A stretch of 64,000 nt of DNA, taken from assembly GCF_050053475.1 (NCBI RefSeq), contig NZ_JBBBDN010000001.1. One strand, written 5' to 3'. The position numbers were made by a program, and so were the translations under genes. Each line of letters opens with the position of its first letter. Position 1 is the stretch's first letter. Origin of the DNA: Lusitaniella coriacea LEGE 07167 (GTDB lineage: Bacteria > Cyanobacteriota > Cyanobacteriia > Cyanobacteriales > Spirulinaceae). This document shows positions 27,961 to 37,863 of this stretch, in pieces. The notes under the pieces are model-generated. The model made no database searches, had not been told where the DNA came from, and saw only the letters and a program-made list of their open reading frames with translations.

Positions 27961-29313
27961 ATGGCTCAAAATTTCAGCAATTTAGCCGCCAGTCATTCCC
28001 TTCCCCCCCAAAACATCGAAGCGGAAGAGTCGATTTTGGGGGGGATTCTCCTCGACCCCCAAGCGATGGGACGGGTTGCAGATTTGATGGTGGCAGAAGC
28101 GTTTTATATCAGCGCCCACCAAGAGATTTATCAAGCGGCACAGGACTTGCACCGCCAGGGAAAACCTACAGATTTAATGACCGTGACCAGTTGGTTGCGC
28201 GATCGCGCCCTCCTCGACAAAATAGGAGGAACCGGGAAAATCGCCCAGTTGGTAGACCGCACCATTTCCGCCGTTAACATCGACCGCTACGCCGCGTTGG
28301 TGATGGACAAATACCTGCGCCGCCAACTGATTAACGCAGGTCACGAAATCGTCGAATTGGGCTACGATACCGCCACAGAATTGGATTCAGTTCTCGACCA
28401 AGCGGAACAAAAAGTCTTTGGACTCACCCAAAAGCGCCCCCAACAAGGCTTAGTCCCCATTGCAGAAACCCTCAGCCATACCGTTGACAAAATTGAAAGC
28501 TTGCAAGACGAGTCGGCACTCCCCGGATTAAATTGTAACTTTTACGACCTTGACGCGATGACTGGGGGATTTCAGCGTTCTGACCTAATTGTGATTGCTG
28601 GCAGACCGTCAATGGGCAAGACCGCGATGGGAATCTGTATTGCGGCGAATATCGCTCAAATTCACCATTTTCCCATCGCGGTATTTAGCCTGGAAATGTC
28701 CAAGGAGCAACTCGCGCAGCGCCTCCTTGCCAGCGAAGCAGAAATTGAAAGCAATCGCCTGCGTTCTGGACGATTGAGTCAAGATGAATGGACAAAGTTG
28801 AGTACCGCAGTTGGAACCTTGTCCGAAATGCCCATTTTTATTGACGATAGCGCCACCTTAAGCGTCATGGAAATGCGTTCCCAAGTGCGCCGCTTGCAGG
28901 CAGAACATGGAGGAAAGTTGGGTTTAGTTTTATTGGACTATTTGCAATTAATGGAAGGCGGAGGGGATAATCGCGTTCAGGAATTAGCAAAAATCACGCG
29001 ATCGCTCAAGGGATTAGCCCGTGAAGTTGATGTCCCCATTATTGCCCTATCTCAGTTGAGTCGAGGTGTAGAAGCGCGTAATAATAAACGACCAATGATG
29101 TCGGATTTGCGCGAATCCGGATCGATCGAGCAAGATGCGGATTTAGTGATCATGCTTTATCGGGACGAATACTACAATCCCGATTCTCCCGATCGCAATA
29201 TTGCCGAGGCGATTATTACCAAACATCGTAATGGTCCAACAGGAATCGTTAAACTCCAGTTTAAACCGGAATTCACGAAATTCAGAAATTTAGCGCAGCC
29301 GCAAAATTATTAG
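27961..29313 (+). CDS. dnaB: replicative DNA helicase DnaB (intein-free)
   Basis: N-terminal DnaB domain (PQNIEAEESILGGILLDP), Walker A GRPSMGKT, Walker B LVLLDYLQLM, RecA-like C-domain. Start at MAQNF (ATG 27961). Confidence 0.9.
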   Translation: MAQNFSNLAASHSLPPQNIEAEESILGGILLDPQAMGRVADLMVAEAFYISAHQEIYQAAQDLHRQGKPTDLMTVTSWLRDRALLDKIGGTGKIAQLVDRTISAVNIDRYAALVMDKYLRRQLINAGHEIVELGYDTATELDSVLDQAEQKVFGLTQKRPQQGLVPIAETLSHTVDKIESLQDESALPGLNCNFYDLDAMTGGFQRSDLIVIAGRPSMGKTAMGICIAANIAQIHHFPIAVFSLEMSKEQLAQRLLASEAEIESNRLRSGRLSQDEWTKLSTAVGTLSEMPIFIDDSATLSVMEMRSQVRRLQAEHGGKLGLVLLDYLQLMEGGGDNRVQELAKITRSLKGLAREVDVPIIALSQLSRGVEARNNKRPMMSDLRESGSIEQDADLVIMLYRDEYYNPDSPDRNIAEAIITKHRNGPTGIVKLQFKPEFTKFRNLAQPQNY

Positions 29314-29398
29314 ACGGTTTGAGTTGAGGAACAATTGTTTTGCAATCCTCCCGATACAGTAAAGTCATGATTCTCTCTCTTTTCGCCCTCAACGCAAT

Positions 29399-29803
29399 AT
29401 GAAAAAACGAGTTACGCTCACCTTTCCCAAACGAGCCGTTCAAATGCCCGTTACCTATCGATTGGCAAAAGACTTCAACGTTGCTGCTAATATTATTCGA
29501 GCGCAAGTTGCCCCCAATCAAGTGGGAAAACTCGTTGTGGAGTTGCAGGGAGATATTGATGAAATTGATGCGGCGATTGAGTGGATGCGATCGCGCCATG
29601 TTAATGTTTCCCTCGCCAGTCGAGAAATTATGATTGACGAAAACAGTTGCGTTCACTGCGGTTTGTGTACGGGAGTCTGTCCCACAGAAGCCTTGATCCT
29701 CGACCCAGAAACCTTTAAACTCAACTTCGCGCGATCGCGCTGCGTCGTCTGCGAGCAATGCATCCCCACCTGTCCCGTACAAGCCATCTCAACCAACTTC
29801 TAA
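29399..29803 (+). CDS. NIL-domain protein fused to 2x[4Fe-4S] ferredoxin
   Basis: 134 aa; C-terminal CVHCGLCTGVCP and CVVCEQCIPTCP cluster motifs; N-terminal ~75 aa NIL-like. Confidence 0.7.
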   Translation: MKKRVTLTFPKRAVQMPVTYRLAKDFNVAANIIRAQVAPNQVGKLVVELQGDIDEIDAAIEWMRSRHVNVSLASREIMIDENSCVHCGLCTGVCPTEALILDPETFKLNFARSRCVVCEQCIPTCPVQAISTNF

Positions 29804-29900
29804 CCTTCCTTTCCCCAAAATTGGCGATCGCGGCAAGATTCAGTTAATCTCGCTAAAGAAGTGTAAGAATGTTTCTCCTAATCTCCAACCAACAGCCTGA

Positions 29901-31250
29901 ATGAAACCGTTTAGTGTTGAGCCACAGCCTCATCTTCCTCAATACCGCAACTACGATCTCAGCATCGAGTCAACTCTCCTCGAACTGTCCCTCCACGACT
30001 TCCAACTTGACATCACCGCCCCAGTTAACCATCTGACCCAAGCCTTTACCAAATATCCGCTCCTTCCCGGCGCAATTCTCACCGAAGATCGGCAATTTTT
30101 TGGCGCGATTTCTCGCCGACAAATCCTAGAGTACTTACTACTGCCCGAAGGACTGCAACTCTTTCTCGAAAAACCCCTGCAACGCCTCTACAGTTACGCC
30201 CGTCCCGATCTCTTCATTCTCCCTGGCAATACGCCCATCCTAACCGCTGCCAGGCGGGTGTTAAGGCGCTCTCCCCAACTCCTTTGGGATCCCATCATCG
30301 TGAAAATCGACCCCTCAACCTATCAACTCCTGGACTTCGGACAGCTCAATCTCGCCGCTTGGCAAATTCGCGGAATCGAAACCCAAGTCCGTTACGAACG
30401 CACCCAAGCACAAATGATTCAGAGCGAGAAAATGGCAAGCTTAGGGCGGTTAGTCGATGGATTAGCTCACGAAATCCTCGATCCCGTTGGCTTTATTTGG
30501 GGCAACCTCACCCACATCACCAACTACAGCGAAACCCTATTAGAACTCTTGTCCGCCTACGAAGATCGCCTGAGCGATCTCCCCGAAGAACTCCTCACCT
30601 TAAAAGAAGAACTCGACTCGGATTATTTACAAGACGACTTTCCCAGAGCCGTTGACAGCATTACGGTGGGGGCAAAACGGCTAAAACAACTGGTCACCAG
30701 CCTGCAAAACTTTTGTCACGTCGATAGCGTTTATCCCAAACCCGCCGATCTCCACGCTTGCTTAGATGGTATTCTCCTACTGCTCAAAAGCCGTCTGACC
30801 AGCGAAATCAAAGTTGTCAAAAACTATGGTTCTCTGCCCCCTGTCACCTGCTATCTCAGCAGTTTGACCCAAGTCTTTATGAACATTATTACCAACGCAG
30901 TGGACGTTCTGTTAGACGATGCAGTGAGTCAAGATTTTCTCGATCCTCAAATTCAGGATACGCAACCCACCATTACCATCACTACAGCGATTGAATCTCG
31001 CCAAATCGCCAAAACAGCGACCCTAACCCGTTGGGTTTCAATTCGCATTGCAGATAATGGCTCAGGAATGTCAGAAAAACTGCAACAGAAAATCCGCGAG
31101 TCTTTTACCGTAGAGAAACGCGCAGCCAAGGAAACTAGCTTGGCCGTCAGCTATCAGGCGATCGCGGCGAAACATGGAGGAGAACTAAAGCTAAAATCAA
31201 AATTGGGAGTTGGCACTGAATTTGAAATCCTTTTGCCGCTCATTGAATAG
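29901..31250 (+). CDS. soluble sensor histidine kinase with N-terminal CBS-like sensory domain
   Basis: 449 aa, no TM. N-terminal ~180 aa with two CBS-like motifs, H-box HEILDPVG, N box NIITNAVD, G boxes DNGSGM / LGVGTE. Confidence 0.8.
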   Translation: MKPFSVEPQPHLPQYRNYDLSIESTLLELSLHDFQLDITAPVNHLTQAFTKYPLLPGAILTEDRQFFGAISRRQILEYLLLPEGLQLFLEKPLQRLYSYARPDLFILPGNTPILTAARRVLRRSPQLLWDPIIVKIDPSTYQLLDFGQLNLAAWQIRGIETQVRYERTQAQMIQSEKMASLGRLVDGLAHEILDPVGFIWGNLTHITNYSETLLELLSAYEDRLSDLPEELLTLKEELDSDYLQDDFPRAVDSITVGAKRLKQLVTSLQNFCHVDSVYPKPADLHACLDGILLLLKSRLTSEIKVVKNYGSLPPVTCYLSSLTQVFMNIITNAVDVLLDDAVSQDFLDPQIQDTQPTITITTAIESRQIAKTATLTRWVSIRIADNGSGMSEKLQQKIRESFTVEKRAAKETSLAVSYQAIAAKHGGELKLKSKLGVGTEFEILLPLIE

Positions 31251-31276
31251 TTTGAAGTACTAGAAGGAGGCAAGCC

Positions 31277-32725
31277 ATGAGCTGGTTACAAGGTCAATTT
31301 ATCGACATCATCGAATGGATAGATAACACCAACGACACCATTGCCTACCGTTTTGAACGCCATAACAACGAAATCAAACAGGGCGCTAAACTGATCGTGC
31401 GCCCAGGTCAACAAGCCGTTTTCGTCAATGAAGGTCAGGTTGCAGACGAATTTACAGCAGGAACCTACGAACTCTTCACCCGCAACCTCCCAATTCTCAG
31501 TACCCTAAAAGGCTGGAAATACGGGTTTGAATCACCCTTCAAAGCAGAAGTTTACTTCTTTAGCACTCGAATTTTTACCAATCTCAAATGGGGAACTGCC
31601 AATCCCATCGCCATTCGCGATGCTGAATTCGGTCCCGTGCGCATTCGTGCCTTTGGAACCTATGGCATTCGAGTGGTTAATCCCAAAAAATTACTCGAAT
31701 CTGCGATCGGCACTGACGGGTTATTTCAAGTTAACGAAATCGACGACCATCTCCGCAACCTCATCGTTCCCTCCGTCACCAGTTGGATTGCAGGTTCGGG
31801 GATTGCGCTGCTCGATTTTGCCGCCAACTACCGGGAAATGGGCGATCGCGCCTGCGAGGGAATTCGCACGGATTTAGACCCCCTTGGCATTGAAATCACC
31901 CAACTCACCATTGAAAATATTTCTCTCCCCCCAGCAGTGGAAGAAGCCCTCGACAAGCGCTCCTCAATGGGCATCCTGGGCAACATGGGGCAATACACCC
32001 AATATCAAACTGCCAACGCCATCGAAAACGCAGCCAAAAGACCCGGTGGCGGCAATTCAGCAATGGATATGGGAATGGGACTGGCAATGGGTCAACAGAT
32101 GGCAAATGCAATGCAAACGCCCGTCACGCCTGCACCTCCGTCTACCGCTCAGTGGTATATTGCCCGAAACGGCGAGAAATTGGGACCCTTCACCCCCGAA
32201 CAACTCCAACAACAGGCAATCTCTCCCCAAACCCAAGTTTGGCAAAATGGCATGAGCGGTTGGCAACCGGCTTCCACCGTTCCTAGTTTGCAAGCCATTC
32301 TCTTAACTGCGCCTCCCCCGCCTCCAATGCCTCAAGGACAGTGGTACATCGCTCAAAACGGAGAGAAATTGGGGCCTTTTACCCCCGAACAACTCCAACA
32401 ACAAGGGATTTCACTCCAAACTCAAGTTTGGCGCAACGGCATGGACGATTGGCAACTTGCTGCAACAGTTCCAGAACTATCGGAATTGTTCGCAGATACC
32501 CCTGTGCCTCCTCCTCTCGCTTCTGTAGCACCGGAACCCCAAACCCAAGCAGAGTGGTACATCTTCCGCAGTGGCGATGCTACGGGACCCTTTACCCTAG
32601 AGCAGTTACGCGAGCAAGGAATTTCACCGCGAACCAATCTCCGGCGAGAAGGGGAGACGGAATGGACGCGAGCAAGGGATATACAAGATTCGGCATTACA
32701 ATCGTTGCTAGCATCTCTGTCGTAA
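31277..32725 (+). CDS. SPFH/Band-7-like domain protein with three C-terminal DUF4339 (GYF-like) repeats
   Basis: 482 aa; N-terminal ~280 aa Band_7_1-type. Three ~50-aa repeats QWYIARNGEKLGPFTPEQLQQQAIS..VWQNGMSGWQ. Starts 27 bp after the kinase stop. Confidence 0.75.
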   Translation: MSWLQGQFIDIIEWIDNTNDTIAYRFERHNNEIKQGAKLIVRPGQQAVFVNEGQVADEFTAGTYELFTRNLPILSTLKGWKYGFESPFKAEVYFFSTRIFTNLKWGTANPIAIRDAEFGPVRIRAFGTYGIRVVNPKKLLESAIGTDGLFQVNEIDDHLRNLIVPSVTSWIAGSGIALLDFAANYREMGDRACEGIRTDLDPLGIEITQLTIENISLPPAVEEALDKRSSMGILGNMGQYTQYQTANAIENAAKRPGGGNSAMDMGMGLAMGQQMANAMQTPVTPAPPSTAQWYIARNGEKLGPFTPEQLQQQAISPQTQVWQNGMSGWQPASTVPSLQAILLTAPPPPPMPQGQWYIAQNGEKLGPFTPEQLQQQGISLQTQVWRNGMDDWQLAATVPELSELFADTPVPPPLASVAPEPQTQAEWYIFRSGDATGPFTLEQLREQGISPRTNLRREGETEWTRARDIQDSALQSLLASLS

Positions 32726-32804
32726 TCCGCTCGAACTCTAAAGAACTGTTAAGATTGAGAAAAAGAGAAATTTCTGTAAATTTGCCGACCCTAGAATTTA
32801 AATC

Positions 32805-33368
32805 ATGAGTGCTGCCGTTGCGCCTGAAAAGAAAAAGTTAAAAACACCCCCTCTTGAAATTCACTATCTCGGCGATCGCGTGCTGCGTTCTCCTGCAAAA
32901 CGAATTGCGAAAGTAGACGATTCCGTGCGCCAGTTAGCGCGAGAGATGCTGCAAACCATGTACACCTCCGATGGAATTGGTTTAGCCGCACCGCAAGTGG
33001 CAACCAACAAGCAATTAATTGTCATTGATTGCGAACCGGACGAACCCGCCAATCCCCCTCTCATCCTGATTAATCCTCAGATCAAAAGCTACAGCAAAGA
33101 AATGTGCGATGCTCAGGAAGGATGCTTAAGTATTCCCGGCGTTTATTTGGATGTGACGCGCCCCAAAGCCATTGAAGTGTCGTTCAAAGACGAATACGGT
33201 CGTCCGCGCCGTCTCAAAGTGACAGAATTGCTTTCCCGTGCCATTCAACACGAAATGGATCACCTCAGTGGCGTTCTCTTTGTCGATCGCGTCACCAACA
33301 GTTTAGCTCTTACCGATGAGTTGAAAAAGCACAACTTTTCTGTCAGCGCCGTTCGTCCAATGGTCTAA
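32805..33368 (+). CDS. def: peptide deformylase
   Basis: GIGLAAPQV, EGCLS and HEMDHL motifs; 187 aa. Confidence 0.9.
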   Translation: MSAAVAPEKKKLKTPPLEIHYLGDRVLRSPAKRIAKVDDSVRQLAREMLQTMYTSDGIGLAAPQVATNKQLIVIDCEPDEPANPPLILINPQIKSYSKEMCDAQEGCLSIPGVYLDVTRPKAIEVSFKDEYGRPRRLKVTELLSRAIQHEMDHLSGVLFVDRVTNSLALTDELKKHNFSVSAVRPMV

Positions 33369-33433
33369 TCTTCGTCAAGTTTGAATGGACGGGGAAAACG
33401 TGAAAGCATCACCATGAGGAGAGAAAAAAAATT

Positions 33434-33634
33434 ATGGGAATGACCCCAAAAAGTGGCATTTTTTTAATGGGTTCTTGTATTACCGCGATCGCGGCAGTCG
33501 GTTCGATATTTGAGTTGTCTTACGGTCACCCCACCTACGGAATGACAGTAACCGCAATTATTCTCGCCGCCAGCATCCCCGCAAGCGGGCTATTCTTTTG
33601 GGCGGCGGTGAAAGACACCAAAGCCAATCAGTAA
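33434..33634 (+). CDS. small two-TM membrane protein
   Basis: 66 aa, two hydrophobic helices, between def and the FHA-PrsW gene. Confidence 0.4.
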   Translation: MGMTPKSGIFLMGSCITAIAAVGSIFELSYGHPTYGMTVTAIILAASIPASGLFFWAAVKDTKANQ

Positions 33635-33667
33635 GCCCTCCGGGATCAACGGGACACAACAAAAGGC

Positions 33668-34933
33668 GTGAATGCAGTTCTGCGACAGATATCGAGTCCA
33701 GGAGTCACTAATCAACCTCTCCGTTCTTATACCCTAATCCGCGATCGCGAAATAGAGATCGGGCGCGATCCAAAATGCCACATTGCCCTCGATTCCTCCC
33801 TTTATACAGGAGTTTCGCGCCGCCACTTCGCCTTACATTCGCGGGAAAATAAATGGGAAATTTGCGATCTCAACAGCGCCAATGGGACGTATCTCAACGG
33901 ACAGCGCCTGCACCAGCGAAAAATTCTCCATCCGGGCGACTCGATTCGCTTGGGGAAAAATGGCCCGGAATTTGTCTTTGAAATTCAAGCGACTCCTCCC
34001 CCATCATCCCTAGACACCGTTACCTTAACCCAACTGTTTCCCATTATTTCCACCGGGCGAGAGTTAACCCAAAAGGCTTATCTCATTCCCGTTGCAATTA
34101 CGATTTTCTTCGTCGTCTTGCTGTTTGCTTCCATTGGCGAACCCGTTGTTTTCAATCTCTTCTTAGCGGGCTATCTATCCTGTGCGGCATACTATTTTGT
34201 CTATCAACTGTGCGGCAAGTCTAAACCTTGGTGGGCGCTATTGGGAACGGGATTGGCAACAGCAGGAATCATTGCCAGCCCCCTTTTAATTGTCTTTATC
34301 TTCACCTTCCGCACCCTTCTACCGGGCAGCATTCCCCTCGATGGGGAAACGGTTTCCTTTCCCTCCCTGCTCGTTCGGATGTTTTTTGGGGCGGGGTTAA
34401 TGGAAGAATTGCTCAAAGCCTTACCCGTCGCGATCGCGTTAGGATTGGGAAAGATCGCGCGATCGCCCCTCAAAGAGCGCTTAGGCGTAACCGAACCCCT
34501 CGATGGCATTCTCCTCGGCGCAGCCTCTGCCGTTGGCTTCACGCTCATGGAAACCCTCGGACAATACGTCCCCACTATTATCACCTCCACTGCCCTACAA
34601 TCGGGAGAAGGAGTCGGTCAACTGGTCGGACTGCAACTGTTAATTCCTCGCATTCTCGGTTCTGTAAGCGGGCATATTGCCTATAGCGGCTATCTCGGCT
34701 ATTTCATCGGCTTAAGCGTTCTCAAACCCCGCAGGCGCTGGAAAATCTTAGGGGTTGGCTACCTCACTGCCGCTATCCTTCATGCACTTTGGAATACCAT
34801 CGGCTACTACTTACCCATTCTCCTCACCGTCGTTGGAGTGACATCCTATGCTTGTTTGGCTGCGGCAATTCTCAAAGCGCGACTACTTTCCCCCACGCGA
34901 GAACAAAATTTCGCCACTCGCCTCTATAAGTGA
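33668..34933 (+). CDS. FHA domain fused to PrsW-family intramembrane protease
   Basis: N-terminal FHA (IGRDPKCHIALDS..VSRRHFAL...NSANGTYLNGQRL); C-terminal multi-TM with PrsW-like motifs LMEELLKALP (EExxK), FTLMET and SGHIAYSGYLGYF. Confidence 0.75.
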   Translation: MNAVLRQISSPGVTNQPLRSYTLIRDREIEIGRDPKCHIALDSSLYTGVSRRHFALHSRENKWEICDLNSANGTYLNGQRLHQRKILHPGDSIRLGKNGPEFVFEIQATPPPSSLDTVTLTQLFPIISTGRELTQKAYLIPVAITIFFVVLLFASIGEPVVFNLFLAGYLSCAAYYFVYQLCGKSKPWWALLGTGLATAGIIASPLLIVFIFTFRTLLPGSIPLDGETVSFPSLLVRMFFGAGLMEELLKALPVAIALGLGKIARSPLKERLGVTEPLDGILLGAASAVGFTLMETLGQYVPTIITSTALQSGEGVGQLVGLQLLIPRILGSVSGHIAYSGYLGYFIGLSVLKPRRRWKILGVGYLTAAILHALWNTIGYYLPILLTVVGVTSYACLAAAILKARLLSPTREQNFATRLYK

Positions 34934-35022
34934 GCGAAGAAGTTGACGAATGTAAGCTCCGTATTTTATAACACTGAATGTTACGTCGTGCTACACTCTC
35001 TATTGAGATTGAACAAAAAATT

Positions 35023-35430
35023 ATGGTAACCGGACGCTGCCTTTGCGGAGCAATTGAATATCAAGTTGAACTAATTCCCGGACAAGTTTATAGCTGCCAC
35101 TGCACCCTGTGCCAAAGAGCGCATGGAACTGCTTTTGCAACCCAGGCACTCGCAGTTGGCGATACCCTCAACTTCATTAAAGGAGAGGACAAACTAACAG
35201 ACTACTTTTCTGGGGGAGGCTACAGAGCTTTTTGTTCGGTTTGCGGTTCTCGGTTGATGAACTACGCAGAAGATAAATCCCAATACGTGAGCGTTGCAGT
35301 GGGTGGTATTGAAGACAACGATCAAATTTGTCCGGTTGCCAATGTTTGCGTTGAGAGTCAGCGATCTTGGGCAACTGAAGTGAAAAACATCCCCTCCTAC
35401 GAAGGAATTCCCAAAGAAGTTGCGGAATAA
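35023..35430 (+). CDS. GFA (glutathione-dependent formaldehyde-activating/CENP-V) family protein
   Basis: CLCGAIEY...CHCTLCQRAHGTAF...CSVCGSRL zinc-binding Cys pattern of the GFA family. Confidence 0.8.
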   Translation: MVTGRCLCGAIEYQVELIPGQVYSCHCTLCQRAHGTAFATQALAVGDTLNFIKGEDKLTDYFSGGGYRAFCSVCGSRLMNYAEDKSQYVSVAVGGIEDNDQICPVANVCVESQRSWATEVKNIPSYEGIPKEVAE

Positions 35431-35600
35431 TGCTAAAGCAACAAGATATCAGTCAATTTACGCCTGATGTGAACACCCTGAAACCCTTGCTAGGACAAGG
35501 GAATAGGGAAGAGCCAGAAGAAATTACCGCAGAGTAATGACTTGAGCTTCTAATACACATTAAGCATAATTTTGTAGGCTCCATTGTATAAACGCACCAT

Positions 35601-35687
35601 CTAGTGGTTCGTCAACCTCGATTTTGTGCGTTGAGGGTGACGCGGAGAAAGAATCGATCCACAAATTGAAAACTGACAGACCACTAG
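35601..35687 (+). mobile_element. 87-bp MITE-like element with 14-bp terminal inverted repeats (copy 1)
   Basis: ctagtggttcgtca...tgacagaccactag. About 85% identical to the reverse complement of 38804-38890. Confidence 0.7.
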
Positions 35688-35811
35688 AGTGGATTTAGCT
35701 GATTAGCCGGATTTCATATTAAGCCGTCGCCAGAACAGTTAGGACAACAGCCAAAGCTGAAACCTTGACCCCTCAAGCCTTTCCCTTCTGCCCTCTGCCT
35801 CCTGCCTTTTG

Positions 35812-36249
35812 CTATAGATGTTCTTTTTCAGCGTGATAGCGTTCGAGCCACTGTTGCAGAATAATCGCGGCAGCTCTGCGATCGATCGCGGACTTATTGC
35901 GAGAGGGCGATAGATTCTGCGCCTTCATTTGCTCCTCCGCTTCAAAGGAAGTGAGTCGTTCATCCTCATACTCCACCGGGAGTTGGAGTGCAGCAGAAAG
36001 TTTTTGAGCAAATCGCTGAATCTGTTTGGCTTGGGCGCTCAATGTACCATCTCGAAGATAGGGCAAACCCACTACAATTCGCTGAACTTGCCGTTCTTCA
36101 ACCCAATATTGAATTTGTTCCACATCTCGTTGAAACGACGCGCGCTGAATGGTGGTCAGTCCTGTTGCCAGGAGTCCCAAACCATCGCATCCCGCCACCC
36201 CAATTCGCTTTTTCCCGACATCTAAGGCGAGAACTGAAAGTTTTTCCAT
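35812..36249 (-). CDS. ruvX: Holliday-junction resolvase-like RuvX/YqgF
   Basis: LALDVGKKRIGVAGCD, an RNase-H-fold YqgF signature; 145 aa. Confidence 0.85.
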   Translation of the reverse strand: MEKLSVLALDVGKKRIGVAGCDGLGLLATGLTTIQRASFQRDVEQIQYWVEERQVQRIVVGLPYLRDGTLSAQAKQIQRFAQKLSAALQLPVEYEDERLTSFEAEEQMKAQNLSPSRNKSAIDRRAAAIILQQWLERYHAEKEHL

Positions 36250-36257
36250 CGGGTTGC

Positions 36258-37505
36258 TTAGGATTGCGGTTCTGGCGGTTTTTTAGGAAGGTCTTCTTTG
36301 AGAGAGCCATTGTTGTCTCGCGCCGTCCTTCTGCCGTTCCCCTCGGAATCTCGCCCAGGTGGGGATTGGGGAGAGTGGAGCATTGATTTCCACACAGCAA
36401 TTCGAGTCGGGATGGGAGCGCGCGGTTGCAGTCCTTGGAGCATTTCCGAAAGCTGCAAAGCGTCGAGGGGGCGAGTCTCGCGGATTTTATGCCAAACCGA
36501 GCGAGACATCAACAAAGTGTGTTCGATGCGCTGTGCGCCAAGTTTTTCGAGATATTCTTCTCGTTCGGGTTGATAGTCCGCAGAAGCGAGTTGTAAGGCT
36601 TGAGGGGGAACTTTCCTAGCAATTTGCGCCATTTGCGAGAGTAGCTCCGGGTATAGCCAAGTATATGCCGGGTGGACGGTCAATTGCGCTTGGTGGCAGC
36701 GCGTGCCATCGGGACATAAATCGAGTTTGAAGTAGCCAATTGCCGCTTTGCGCTGGGGTTCAAAGACATAGCCACTAGCACTTTCCGTGCGTCCTAACCA
36801 GGTACCGAGAGCGTTGAGAATTCTGTTAAAGAAACTGTCTTTGAAATCGTTAATGTGGCGGTCAAAGACTTGGCGCAACAGGGGAGGCATCGAGACGGTA
36901 TCGAGTTGGTAGAGGAGCTTTGCATCGGCGTTACTCGCGGGTAAAAGGTTGGGGAGGTTGGGTTCGTGTTGTGCGAGTTGTTCGAGAAGTTCCGGCGCGA
37001 TCGCCCAGTAGGTTAGTTGAGCGAGGGGTTGAAATCCGTTCTGTCGATAGAGTGCTAGAGTCGTCTTTTCGTTGACATTAACCTCTAATAGCCAATTTCT
37101 GGCTTCGACGATTGTTTCAAAACAGTGCCGCAGCAATTGAGAACCGGTATCTGAGGTATCGAGTTGCGCGGTTGTCCGTTGAGAGTTTGTCAATACGCGA
37201 TCGACTCGCCAGGTGCTGCGCGCGCTGTTGAAGGGGGAAACTTGAATCATGCCGATCGCGTGCTGTCCTTGTTCGGCAACATACACCCAAAAATAGTGCT
37301 GATAGCGATTGGGAAAAAGACTAATGAATTTCAGCAGTCCGTACCAATGGCGGACATTTTGCAATTGTCGCCCAAAAGAGAGAGAACAGCTATCGGAAGT
37401 TGCAGAATCGGACTCGGTGGCTAAAGCTTCAATGGTTTCTAAGTCTCGATATTGCCACGAGCGGATCTCAATTTTGCAGTCTTTGGGGAGAGGTACATTA
37501 TTCAT
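36258..37505 (-). CDS. hypothetical protein (possible tandem GNAT-like folds), co-oriented 8 bp upstream of ruvX
   Basis: Long ORF with good coding character; start guessed at MNNVPL. No firm motif. Confidence 0.5.
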   Translation of the reverse strand: MNNVPLPKDCKIEIRSWQYRDLETIEALATESDSATSDSCSLSFGRQLQNVRHWYGLLKFISLFPNRYQHYFWVYVAEQGQHAIGMIQVSPFNSARSTWRVDRVLTNSQRTTAQLDTSDTGSQLLRHCFETIVEARNWLLEVNVNEKTTLALYRQNGFQPLAQLTYWAIAPELLEQLAQHEPNLPNLLPASNADAKLLYQLDTVSMPPLLRQVFDRHINDFKDSFFNRILNALGTWLGRTESASGYVFEPQRKAAIGYFKLDLCPDGTRCHQAQLTVHPAYTWLYPELLSQMAQIARKVPPQALQLASADYQPEREEYLEKLGAQRIEHTLLMSRSVWHKIRETRPLDALQLSEMLQGLQPRAPIPTRIAVWKSMLHSPQSPPGRDSEGNGRRTARDNNGSLKEDLPKKPPEPQS

Positions 37506-37863
37506 GTTTAGGGGGTCTTGCCACGGGATCGACACGCAGACGCGAAAGGATTTTTAGTAGGGTGTACTCTCCACTTTTCATAGGGCGAAGAGTCTTAGTT
37601 CATCAACCTAGCAGGATGAGCAGCACCGACAATCCTGCTTGTGCTAGATTCCACTACTGAGTCTATTATAAAGCCGTCCTAGAAAGACGGAGCTTGAAGC
37701 CCTTTTTTTTCGATCGATAGAATTAGCACAAATGTTCATGAACATTTGTAAACTATAAACGAGCCAATTCAATTAGGATTGAGATTTTGAGGTCAGAGGA
37801 AGTGTGTCGGTTTACCTCCGGACAAGATCGAGTACATCAAGATTTCAAGAGGTCTGAAATTTA

